DNA of 64,000 nucleotides. Origin: a bacterium. GTDB taxonomy: Bacteria; UBA8248; JACPRG01; G963555815. Where the stretch lies: positions 256,001-320,000 of the forward strand of contig CBDHDG010000007.1 in NCBI GenBank assembly GCA_965261595.1, given 5' to 3'. This document shows positions 10,052 through 19,127 of the stretch, piece after piece; the stretch's first letter is position 1, and every line of letters begins with the position of its first letter. A model generated the notes under the pieces. That model was not told the origin of the DNA and made no database searches. It worked only from the letters and a program-made list of their open reading frames with translations. The translations under genes were made by a program, and so were the position numbers.

Positions 10052-11263
10052 ATGTCCACTCCATGGAAATCCGATCAATGGTTCACCAGCCCGATGAACT
10101 TCGCCGATGAAGTCACGGCGGGCCTCAATTTTCCCGACAAAATCGAGATCCACGACGTCACCCTCCGGGACGGAGAGCAGCAGTGCGGCCTGGTCTTCAC
10201 CCGCGACGACAAGGTCCGCATCGCGGAAAAACTGGCCGAGGTCGGCGTTCACCGAATCGAGGCCGGCATGCCCGTCGTGTCCAAGCAGGACGAGCAGGCC
10301 ATCCGGGACATCGTGAAACTGGACCTGCCATGTGAGATTTTCGCGTTCTCCCGCTGCATGGTGGATGACGTGAAACGGGCCGCTGATTGCGGCGTCCACG
10401 GCGTCGTCATCGAGATTCCGTCCAGCGATCATATCATCGAGCATGCTTACAAGTGGCCGGCGGAGCGGGCCATCGACCTGTCCATTACAGCGACGCAGGC
10501 GGCTAAAGAGGAGGGCCTGTACACCGTTTGGTTCCCCATCGACGCGACACGCGCCGATCTCAACTGGCTGCTGGACATGGTGGTCCGCGTTGCCGACGAG
10601 GGTCACATGGACGCTCTGGCGGTGGTGGATACGTTCGGCGGGACCAGCCCGCACGCCATTCCGTACTTCATCAAGAAGATCCGCGAGCGCATCGACAAAC
10701 CGCTCGAAACCCACTTCCATGACGACTTCGGGTGCGGACCGGCCAACACGATCCTGGGACTCGCCTCGGGCTGCTCGGTGGCCCACACCACCGTGACGGG
10801 AATCGGGGAGCGGGCCGGCAACGCCGCGTACGAAGACGTGGTCATGGCCCTCAAATGCATGTACGACATCGATGTCGGCCTCAAGACCGAGAAGATGGTC
10901 GAGCTCTCCAACCTGGTCCGGGAGATCGGCGGCCTGAACATCCCGACCAACCGGTCCATCGTCGGGGACCTCCTCTACCAAATCGAGTCGGGCATCATCG
11001 TAAGCTGGTTCAAGAACTGCGGCAAAGAGAACGAGCTGGAGCTCACCCCGTTTCTGGCCGAGATGGTGGGCCTGAAAGAGCCGGACATTGTGATCGGCAA
11101 AGGGAGCGGGATCGACACGATCGGCATTCTGATAGAGCGCCTGGGATTGCAGGCCAGCGACGAGGAGAAGATGGCGCTCCTCATGGACGTGAAAGAGAAG
11201 GCCATGGAGCTCCACCGGCTTCTCTCGATGGAAGAGTTCAAGGACCTTGCCGGAAAAGGCTGA
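10052..11263 (+). CDS. DRE-TIM metallolyase, homocitrate/isopropylmalate synthase-like
   Basis: DVTLRDGEQ, HFHDDFG, GIGERAGNA; no LeuA regulatory domain. Confidence 0.85.
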   Translation: MSTPWKSDQWFTSPMNFADEVTAGLNFPDKIEIHDVTLRDGEQQCGLVFTRDDKVRIAEKLAEVGVHRIEAGMPVVSKQDEQAIRDIVKLDLPCEIFAFSRCMVDDVKRAADCGVHGVVIEIPSSDHIIEHAYKWPAERAIDLSITATQAAKEEGLYTVWFPIDATRADLNWLLDMVVRVADEGHMDALAVVDTFGGTSPHAIPYFIKKIRERIDKPLETHFHDDFGCGPANTILGLASGCSVAHTTVTGIGERAGNAAYEDVVMALKCMYDIDVGLKTEKMVELSNLVREIGGLNIPTNRSIVGDLLYQIESGIIVSWFKNCGKENELELTPFLAEMVGLKEPDIVIGKGSGIDTIGILIERLGLQASDEEKMALLMDVKEKAMELHRLLSMEEFKDLAGKG

Positions 11264-11278
11264 TCACCACCCGGGCGA

Positions 11279-12325
11279 ATGGACGAAAGTGGAAACATGC
11301 GGGCTGCCTTTCTCACGGAAATTCATCGGTATGAGCTGGGCGAGAAAGAACCCTCGGCCTTGGGGTCTGAAGACCTCCGGATCCGGATTCATTCCAGCGC
11401 CATCTGCGGAACGGACCTGGCGATATGGGCCGGCAAGCAGCCCGGTCTCAGTCTGCCCATCGTCGGAGGGCATGAAGCCACCGGCGTGGTGGAGGAGGTC
11501 GGCGCCGGGGTCGTGAAGTTCCGGTCCGGGGACCGTGTGGTCCTGAACCCGACGGAATTTTGCGGCAAGTGCCATTACTGCCGGCGGGGGCTTGAGCATC
11601 TTTGTGAGAGGGGCGGTCTGAGGGGCCGCGAGGTGTCGGGCACGTATTCGGATTACGTCGTGGTTCACGAAAATCTGGCTTACGGATTTCCGGACACCAT
11701 CGACTTCGACGCCGGCACCAACTTCATCGCCCTCTACACCGTCGTTTACGGACAAAGAAAACTACCCCATCTGACGGGCAAGTCCGTGGTCGTCCTCGGT
11801 CAAGGGGTCACGGGTCTCCTCCACACCCAACTGGCCCGGCACAGCGGCGCCGGCCCGGTCATCGCCGTCGCCCGAAGCCCCTGGAAGCTGGACCTGGCGA
11901 AGGGGTTGGGAGCAACGGATACGATTTGCGCCCGGGAGAAGAACCCGGTGGAGGAGGTCCTCCGGCTGACCGACGGCCGCGGCGCCGACATCGTCATCGA
12001 GTCCGCGGGCGCGCCGGAGAGCATCCGGCAATCCTTCGAAATGGTCCGCCCGGCAGGGACGATCCTCCAGTTCGGAATCGGCCCGAAGACAGTGAATGAC
12101 ATCCCCGTTCAGGAATTCTACTTCAAGGATTTGACCGTTGTCGGCTGCCGGGCGGGGATGCCGGAAGACTTCGAAACGGCCATCGCCCTCGTCTCCCAAG
12201 GCCGCATCGACCTGCGGCCGACCATCACGGACCACTTTCCCCTTGACGAGATCCAGAAGGGATTCGAGCATGTCGAGAAAGGCGAGGGGAAAACGCTACG
12301 GGCTGTAATCGACCTCGCTCCATGA
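11279..12325 (+). CDS. Zn-dependent alcohol dehydrogenase (MDR family)
   Basis: ICGTD, GHE, structural Zn CGKCHYC...C, GQGVTG; start may be 11297. Confidence 0.9.
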   Translation: MDESGNMRAAFLTEIHRYELGEKEPSALGSEDLRIRIHSSAICGTDLAIWAGKQPGLSLPIVGGHEATGVVEEVGAGVVKFRSGDRVVLNPTEFCGKCHYCRRGLEHLCERGGLRGREVSGTYSDYVVVHENLAYGFPDTIDFDAGTNFIALYTVVYGQRKLPHLTGKSVVVLGQGVTGLLHTQLARHSGAGPVIAVARSPWKLDLAKGLGATDTICAREKNPVEEVLRLTDGRGADIVIESAGAPESIRQSFEMVRPAGTILQFGIGPKTVNDIPVQEFYFKDLTVVGCRAGMPEDFETAIALVSQGRIDLRPTITDHFPLDEIQKGFEHVEKGEGKTLRAVIDLAP

Positions 12326-12400
12326 AGGCGCGGGTCCCCCGCTCTAGGGTTTTGTTGGACACTCGATTGATCCATGATTCATGGAGAAAGGGGTGTCGCG

Positions 12401-12789
12401 ATGAACGAACAAAAGCAAGAGGGGGCTTTGGCGGAGGGCGCCCGCAGGGCGAACGGAGCCAAGGCCCCAGGGCATCGGCAGTGAGCGGGGTCGGTTCTCC
12501 TGCCAGGCGCAAGCGGGAGGCGGTCCTGCGTCTTTTGCGGGGCGAGAGCCTGGAGACGCTCTGCCGCGAGTTGGGCACGACAGCGGCTCGGCTTTCCGCC
12601 TGGCGCGAGGCGTTCCTTCGCGGGGGCGAGGCGGCGCTCAAAGCCCGCCCGGCGGATGAGCGGGACGAGGAGAACGCCCGGCTCAAGGCCAAGGTGGGCG
12701 AACTCACGATGGAGGGCGAGGTCCTGCGGGAGAAGATCGACCGCCTGGAGGCCGGCCGCCCTTTAGCCGGCAGGAGGTGGAGGCGATGA
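12401..12789 (+). pseudogene. IS3 orfA (HTH), 5' end apparently frameshifted
   Basis: RKREAVLRLLRGESLETLCRELG HTH; the RBS-preceded ATG 12401, the ERGRFS segment and the ARRK segment lie in three different frames. Confidence 0.6.
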
Positions 12790-13694
12790 GTCAGGCCCGC
12801 TTCACCTCCACGGGCAGAGCCTACGGCCTGAAGCGGGTGTGCGCCCTTTGGGGCTTGGCGCGCTCCACGGTCTACGCGCAACGGCGGCGAGAGGCGGTCC
12901 CCGTTCATGAACGCCCCACGCCCAATAAGCGCGGCCCTGTGGGCCCGTGCACCGATGCGGAACTCCTCGGCCACATCCGGCAGGTCCTGGAGGACTCTCC
13001 CTTCCATGGCGAGGGCTACCGCAAGGTGTGGGCGAGGCTGCGCTTCGCGGGCATCCGCACCAGCAAGGAGCGGATGCGTCGCCTGATGCGGGAGGCGGGG
13101 CTTCAGGCCCCCCACCGGGTGGGCAAACCCCGAGGTCCCAAGGCCCACAACGGGACCATCCGCACCGAGCGGCCCGACCGAATGTGGGGCACGGACATGA
13201 CGACGACGGTGACCACCGAGGAGGGGGTGGCCTCGGTGTTCGTGGCGGTGGATCACTGCTCGGTGGACTGCGTGGGGATCCATGCGGCCAAGAGCGGCAA
13301 CCGCTTCGAGGCCCTGGAGCCGATCCGGCAGGGGGTCGCCGAGCGCTTCGCCGGCTTGGAGGCGGACGTCGCCGAGGGGCTTAAAGTTCGTCACGACCAC
13401 GGCCCCGCCTATCTGTCCGATGACTTTCAGCGGGAGATCGCCTACCTGGGCATGACCAGTTCGCCCAGCTTCGTGCGGGCGCCCGAGGGAAATGGCTACT
13501 GTGAGTGGTTTATCCGCATCTTGAAGGAGAATCTCCTGTGGGTGCGCTCTTTCGCCACCGTAGAGGAACTGCGGTGGGCGCTGCTTGAGTTCAAGAACCT
13601 GTACAACCATCATTGGATTCTCGAGGGCTACGGCTACCGAACGCCGGCCCAGGCAAGGCAGGAAAAACTCGCTCAAGTTGCGGAGGCCGCATGA
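12786..13694 (+). CDS. IS3-family transposase OrfB (DDE/rve)
   Basis: GYRKVWARL, WGTDMT, RHDHG, GNGYCEWF; ATGA overlap with orfA. Confidence 0.92.
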   Translation: MSQARFTSTGRAYGLKRVCALWGLARSTVYAQRRREAVPVHERPTPNKRGPVGPCTDAELLGHIRQVLEDSPFHGEGYRKVWARLRFAGIRTSKERMRRLMREAGLQAPHRVGKPRGPKAHNGTIRTERPDRMWGTDMTTTVTTEEGVASVFVAVDHCSVDCVGIHAAKSGNRFEALEPIRQGVAERFAGLEADVAEGLKVRHDHGPAYLSDDFQREIAYLGMTSSPSFVRAPEGNGYCEWFIRILKENLLWVRSFATVEELRWALLEFKNLYNHHWILEGYGYRTPAQARQEKLAQVAEAA

Positions 13695-13902
13695 GGTCGA
13701 ATACCCTCACCCGAGTGTCCAATAACCCAGGGGCGGTCCACGGGATGTAAACAAAGTAAGCGGACCCTTCCGCACCCCACAACCCGGATCTCGGATTGAA
13801 CCCTTTGAACCATAATAGGTTAACCAAAAAAGGCGGGAGGAAGGCGTCCCCTTTTTATTTGGCATGCGCATTGAATAGAAGTTGATTCAGGGAGGAATTT
13901 CC

Positions 13903-14325
13903 ATGTCGCACTACGTCGTAAACGTCAACGAAGTGGAACCCGCCCCTGTGAAAACCGAAGACGGATGGAACCGGATGGACATCCGCTTTGTCGTCGAGGA
14001 AAGCCGGTCGGGGTCGAAGGAGGTCTGCTTTTGGCGAACCGTCTTCAAACCGGGGTCGCGGCACTTCAAGCACCGTTACACCCGGTCCGACGAGGTGATC
14101 TACGTCATCCGGGGACGGGGCGCTTCCGGAGCGCAGGACCGGGAGATCGAGGTCAAGGCCGGGGACGTCCATTTTATTTCCAAGGACACCGTTCACTGGA
14201 TGCGGCCCCTGGACCCGGGGGAGGAATTGGAGGTCTGCGGTTGTTATACGAACACGGGCGCCCTGGAGGGCTCGGGATACATATTCGAGGGTGAGGTGAC
14301 GGAGACCGACATGACCGTCCGGTGA
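13903..14325 (+). CDS. Cupin domain protein
   Basis: HFKHRY...DEVIYVIRGRG, GDVHFI...VHW; GGAGG RBS. Confidence 0.85.
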   Translation: MSHYVVNVNEVEPAPVKTEDGWNRMDIRFVVEESRSGSKEVCFWRTVFKPGSRHFKHRYTRSDEVIYVIRGRGASGAQDREIEVKAGDVHFISKDTVHWMRPLDPGEELEVCGCYTNTGALEGSGYIFEGEVTETDMTVR

Positions 14326-14443
14326 GGCGGGAGCGAAATCCGGTTGTCCGAGTGGAATTTTTTGTGTTCGTTGAATTTAGAAATTTAATCGTAAACCGGA
14401 AAGGACGGGACTTCCAGTCCGCGAAGTCTGGAGGGACTTCAAG

Positions 14444-15712
14444 ATGAAGGCCATTCAGCGAATTTCCAGATGGGTGGCTTATCTTCTCCTCCCCATCTTC
14501 ATTGTCACGTGCGCGACAACCGATCTCCCTCCCCTGTCTCTCAATACAAAACAACCGCTTGAATCCGATGAAAACCGGATCTGGGAAAGGAGCGCGGAAG
14601 AACAGCGCAAGCTGGACAAGAGCCATAAAATCGTGAGCGATCCCCTCCTCGAGGAATATCTGAACGACATCGGCCGCCGGCTCACCCCGCAATCCTTAAA
14701 GGGTTCGGAGCGCCTGACCTTCCAGTTCAAGGTCATTCAGGACACGGCCCTGAACGCCTTCGCTTATCCCAACGGGAAGATCTACGTCCACTCGGGACTG
14801 ATCGCCCGTGTGGAGAACGAAGCGCAGCTTTCGGCCGTCCTGGCCCATGAAATGACCCATTCCATCAACCGCCACGCCGTACGGTCCGTCCGGGACCAGC
14901 GGAACAAACGGTGGTGGTACATCGGCGGGATCATCGCCCTGAGCATTCTCATCGCGTACCTCACGGGCAGAAGGTTGGAGCAGGGGGACCTCGTCGGGGC
15001 AAGCCTGTTGAACAATACGGCCCGGATTCTCGTGGGGCTGGGTCTTCCCCTGGCAATCATGGCCTCAATCAACGGCTACAGCCGCGGGTTGGAGGGCGAA
15101 GCGGACGCCGGCGGCCTGAAGCTCCTGGCCCAGGCCGGATATGACATCAACGAAGCGCCGAAGGTCTTCGAGCTCTTCCAGAAGACCTACGGCGACAGCA
15201 CGGCCGCGGAAAACTTCTTCTTCGGCAGCCATCCGCGCAACAGCGATCGAATCTCCAACTACAAGTCCCTTTTGGCGGGCCGCTATGCGCGCGTCGCGAA
15301 GGAGACGGGAAGAATCAAGGATTCCAGGGACTTTCATCTCCGCCGCCGGGTGATCATCCGGGAAAACGCCCTGGCGGACCTCCACGCCGGGCGGTTCAAC
15401 GTCGCCCGCGCGGCGCTGGACAAAGTCCTGGCATTCACACCCAACGACCCCATCGCGCACTACTATTACGGGGAAATCCACCGCCTGTCCGACAAGTCCT
15501 CGGAAGGAGAGAAGCGGGCGCTCGCCCGATACCGCAAGGCGGTGAAGCTGGACCCGCAACTGGCCGCGCCTTACCGGGCGATAGGCCTTCTGCACTATAA
15601 AAAGGGGAACAAGGAAGAGGCGAAGAAAGCGTTCCGGCGTTATCTCGAGCTTGAGCCGAAAGCCAAGGATCGAAATCGGATCAAGGACTACATCGTCGAG
15701 CTCGACAGTTGA
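14444..15712 (+). CDS. M48 family Zn metalloprotease with C-terminal TPRs
   Basis: NAFAYPNG, HEMTH, EGEAD, SHP motifs; TPR-like C-terminus. Confidence 0.9.
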   Translation: MKAIQRISRWVAYLLLPIFIVTCATTDLPPLSLNTKQPLESDENRIWERSAEEQRKLDKSHKIVSDPLLEEYLNDIGRRLTPQSLKGSERLTFQFKVIQDTALNAFAYPNGKIYVHSGLIARVENEAQLSAVLAHEMTHSINRHAVRSVRDQRNKRWWYIGGIIALSILIAYLTGRRLEQGDLVGASLLNNTARILVGLGLPLAIMASINGYSRGLEGEADAGGLKLLAQAGYDINEAPKVFELFQKTYGDSTAAENFFFGSHPRNSDRISNYKSLLAGRYARVAKETGRIKDSRDFHLRRRVIIRENALADLHAGRFNVARAALDKVLAFTPNDPIAHYYYGEIHRLSDKSSEGEKRALARYRKAVKLDPQLAAPYRAIGLLHYKKGNKEEAKKAFRRYLELEPKAKDRNRIKDYIVELDS

Positions 15713-15779
15713 GTGAGGGTTCGTCGCTCTTCGTGACTTCCAAAAAGAACATCCTTCCCCCCCCCCCCCCGGCCCCGCG

Positions 15780-16838
15780 TCACCACCTGACCAAGCAGGA
15801 CTCAATCGTCAGCCCGGGGCCGAATCCCATCATCACCCCGTAATCGCCGGGCTGCGGGTCGCCACGCCCGATGACGCGATCCAAGATGAACATCACGGTC
15901 GGCGAGCTCATGTTTCCGAATTCGGAAAGGACCTCCCAGGAAAACCGCATCTCCGAATCGCTCAGGCTCATCACCTCCTGGACGTAATCGAGAATCTTGG
16001 CCCCGCCGGGGTGGATGATCCAGAACGTCACATCTTCCCGCTGGAGCCCGTTCCGCGTCATCAGCCTTTCCAAGACGGCGGCGACGTTCTGCCGGATGAA
16101 CACGGGCACACGAGCCGATAGATGGATGGCGAACCCCGTCGAGGTGATGAAAAACCCCATGTCATCGACGGTTCGGTAAATGGTTTGGGTCTCGAAATCA
16201 ATCAACCTGGGGAAGCGGCGGGAAGGATTAGACTCGGATGGAAATCCGTCGCCCAGAATGAGGGCCGCCGCGCCGTCTCCGAACAGGGCGCTGGCAACGA
16301 CGTTTTCGGTCGAACTGTCCTTCTGGAGCGTCGCCGAGCAAATCTCGACCGACAGGAGGAGGACCCGCCCCTCGGGACGCGCCGCCAGCGATTCAGAACC
16401 CCGGGCCAAGCCGGGAAAAGCCGCATAACAACCCATCCCGCCGATGGCGGTCCGGCGAATGTTCTCCCGCATCCCCAGCCGCTTTGCCAAGAGGATCTCG
16501 ATCCCGGGATTGGAGTATCCGGTGCAGGACACAACGATGAAATCGTCCAGCTCCGCCGGCTTTGCCTGGATCTCCCGGAGGCAGGAGACAATGGCCTCCT
16601 CCCCCAGGCGCAGGGCGGCGTCCACGTACAAGCGGTTGCGCTCCTCGATGCTTCGCTCCCGGCGGTAGAAATTCATGTCCAGAGCGGCGTGTCTCTTCTG
16701 GATGCGGGAATTCTTGAAGATTTCTTCTGCTTTCGGGTTTTCCTTGAAATGCGAGGCGAAAAAATCCTGATAAACATCCTGCTGACGATATACGCGATCC
16801 GGAACGGCGCAGTGCAAAGAGAGAATTCGTGGAGGCAT
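15780..16838 (-). CDS. Type III polyketide synthase
   Basis: Catalytic triad GMGC, HPGG, GNMSS; LFGDGAAA; GFGPG. Confidence 0.95.
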   Translation of the reverse strand: MPPRILSLHCAVPDRVYRQQDVYQDFFASHFKENPKAEEIFKNSRIQKRHAALDMNFYRRERSIEERNRLYVDAALRLGEEAIVSCLREIQAKPAELDDFIVVSCTGYSNPGIEILLAKRLGMRENIRRTAIGGMGCYAAFPGLARGSESLAARPEGRVLLLSVEICSATLQKDSSTENVVASALFGDGAAALILGDGFPSESNPSRRFPRLIDFETQTIYRTVDDMGFFITSTGFAIHLSARVPVFIRQNVAAVLERLMTRNGLQREDVTFWIIHPGGAKILDYVQEVMSLSDSEMRFSWEVLSEFGNMSSPTVMFILDRVIGRGDPQPGDYGVMMGFGPGLTIESCLVRW

Positions 16839-16982
16839 GATTTACAGGGTTTCCGTGGACCGGTATTCCGCGCGAGGGCATGTGGCATGGGCGATAGCCT
16901 TCCCTCTGCTGAGGGTTCCGTCCCTCATGAAAACGCCGGCCACCCCCCCTCTCCCCTTTTTTCCGGTTTGAGCGCCATTCAA

Positions 16983-18263
16983 TCAGCGTCCGTCAAGAAA
17001 CGAAAATACAGTTCGCGCGAGAACCCTGGCGACCTGAGCCAACTCTTCCAGGTCCACGTATTCATCGGGACCTCCAATGTTGCGCCCCGTCGGCCCATAC
17101 GTGGCCGAGGGAACTCCCGCCGCCCGGAAAAGCCTCGCGTCCGTCGCTCCAATGCGAAGCGCCAGCACCGGCTCCTCGCCCATGACGCGCTCGATCTCGT
17201 CCCGAAGGACCCGGAACAGCGGCGAGTCCGGCTCCGAGACGGTCGAATCGAACGCCCTCAACTCCTCCCATTCGACATCGGGATGGGCGGCCAAGACTTC
17301 GTCCAGGATATTTCGGACGCGGTCCGTCGGCAATCCCGGCGGAACCCGGATATCCAATTCCGCGGCGCACGCCTCCGCCACGAGGTTGACTTTGTCTCCC
17401 CCCGATATCTTACCCACGTTGGCCGTAACGGCCCTCAGAATTTCCCGGTCTTCCTCTACCCATAAGTTTCGAGGGTCTTCCCGGGCGGCTTCGAAATAAT
17501 GCTCGAGCTCCAGCGGAAGAACCGGCCCGATCATTCCGAGGCGCCTGCGCACCTCCGCCAGAACAACAAGGAGCGCATCGACCGCGCTCTTTCCTCTGTG
17601 GACGAAGGCCCCGTGAGCCCCCCGCCCCCTTGCGGCCACCCGAACCCAGAAAAGCCCCTTTTGGCCGAAGCAGAGCGTGCGCGGCCCGCTGTTCTCCGGG
17701 CTGAGCATGACATCGCCCCGCGCCTCGGGGGCTTCGGCCAACAGGTGGGCGGAGCCTTTCTCGCCCATTGTTTCCTCGTCGGAGGCAAGCGTCAGCACCA
17801 ACTCCCCGCTGAACTTTTCCGGGTTTTTGGCCGCCAGAGCGGTGATGAGCAACAACGCCGCCACGCTCCCCTTCATATCGACGGCTCCCCGGCCGTAGAG
17901 CCTGCCGCCTTCGATTTCGCCGCCAAAGGGCGGGTGTTTCCATAAGCGGGCGTCGCCGGCCGGGAACGTGTCGATGTGCGCGTTCAGGACCAGCCTCCGG
18001 CCCGGCCGCCCCCCCCCGCCCCCTCCCCCCCCCGCCACCGGCGCGATGAGGTTCGGCATCGAGGGATCCGCGGCGATTCGGCGAACATCGACCCCCCGGC
18101 CGCGAAGCCAGTCTTCGCAGAAATCACAGACCTCTCGGGTGTCCCCCGGCGGATTTTCACTGGGGATCCTGACGAGTTCGGCCGCAAGGTCGATCAACTC
18201 GGGGGATGAATCCAGAATCGCCCCATCCGCCCAGGCGACCGCGTCATTGGGAGCATTGTTCAT
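16983..18263 (-). CDS. M20 family metallohydrolase (ArgE/DapE-like)
   Basis: NAHIDT, GRGAVDMKG, DEE, AHGA, TDAR; the final HxxDE His appears replaced (IGGPDE). Confidence 0.9.
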   Translation of the reverse strand: MNNAPNDAVAWADGAILDSSPELIDLAAELVRIPSENPPGDTREVCDFCEDWLRGRGVDVRRIAADPSMPNLIAPVAGGGGGGGGRPGRRLVLNAHIDTFPAGDARLWKHPPFGGEIEGGRLYGRGAVDMKGSVAALLLITALAAKNPEKFSGELVLTLASDEETMGEKGSAHLLAEAPEARGDVMLSPENSGPRTLCFGQKGLFWVRVAARGRGAHGAFVHRGKSAVDALLVVLAEVRRRLGMIGPVLPLELEHYFEAAREDPRNLWVEEDREILRAVTANVGKISGGDKVNLVAEACAAELDIRVPPGLPTDRVRNILDEVLAAHPDVEWEELRAFDSTVSEPDSPLFRVLRDEIERVMGEEPVLALRIGATDARLFRAAGVPSATYGPTGRNIGGPDEYVDLEELAQVARVLARTVFSFLDGR

Positions 18264-18526
18264 GATGCTTCGGGAATTCCCCGCGATAGGGGATGGGTGA
18301 AATTTCGTTCGGCTATTGAGACCGTATCGGAAGCCTCGGGGTCTGTCAAGAAGACGAGTCATGGGTGCGATAAACGCCCGGTTCGTGAGGCATCGGCCCG
18401 CCGGGGGGCGCAAAGTCTCGACCTGAAACGGTTCCGACCCCTTTCTCTGGGAATCCTACTGGGCTAAACTCGATGTAACGGAGTTTCAGAATCCTCTGGC
18501 AGATATTCAACGACAAGGAAATCAGG

Positions 18527-19000
18527 ATGCTCGCGCAAATTCATTATTGGACGGCGACGATTTATTCTGCTTGCCTGCTTTGCATGGCAATCTGGACACC
18601 CCTCGTACGGCGGCTGCCTCCCGAAAGGTGCATGGGCCGGTTCTCCCGGGTGCTTGTCATCTACCACCCTTTCATTCTCGTACTCTTGGGCGTGATTTTG
18701 ATGACGGGCGCGATGCTGATCACCGAGCTCAAGATTCGCATCGGGGTGGAATTCTTTGAAGTCATGTTCCACAGCCTCGGCCAGAAGCTCCTGATCTTCT
18801 TCTTGATTGCGTTGTATAGCTCCCACATGTTCTTCGGGGTGGGCCTGAAATTGACAAGAGCGAACGCACCCCTGGAGCTGCGGGAGTTCGAAATGCCCAT
18901 GGAGGATCAGCTTCGGACCCTGCGGCGGCTTCATACGGGAACCATCGTGAACCTAGGTCTGACCATTTACGCTTACGCTTTGGGTGTCACCTTGGTGTAG
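18527..19000 (+). CDS. Hypothetical membrane protein (about 4 TM)
   Basis: Four hydrophobic segments; AAGGA upstream. Confidence 0.65.
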   Translation: MLAQIHYWTATIYSACLLCMAIWTPLVRRLPPERCMGRFSRVLVIYHPFILVLLGVILMTGAMLITELKIRIGVEFFEVMFHSLGQKLLIFFLIALYSSHMFFGVGLKLTRANAPLELREFEMPMEDQLRTLRRLHTGTIVNLGLTIYAYALGVTLV

Positions 19001-19127
19001 CGGGCGACTCGGCCCGGACGTTTTTTTCCGGAGGAGCCGGAGCGACGCCCGCTTCCATCGCCTTTGTCATCAAATCTGGAGGGAAGACACGATAACTCAA
19101 ATCCTTCAGCGGCTGGACCAAGCGTCG

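Larger units (their letters stand above)
12335..13740 (+). mobile_element. IS3-family insertion sequence (1406 bp)
   Basis: Imperfect terminal IRs (TCCCCCGCTCTAGGGTTTTGTTGGACAC / GTGTCCAATAACCCAGGGGCGGTCCA), CGGG direct repeat at 12331-12334 and 13741-13744, orfA plus orfB. Confidence 0.9.

Noticed and set aside
15757..15770. Poly-C run
   Set aside because: Lies between convergent stop codons; no evident functional consequence
18008..18035. C-rich tract encoding poly-Gly in the M20 hydrolase
   Set aside because: Frame is preserved and it falls in a variable loop
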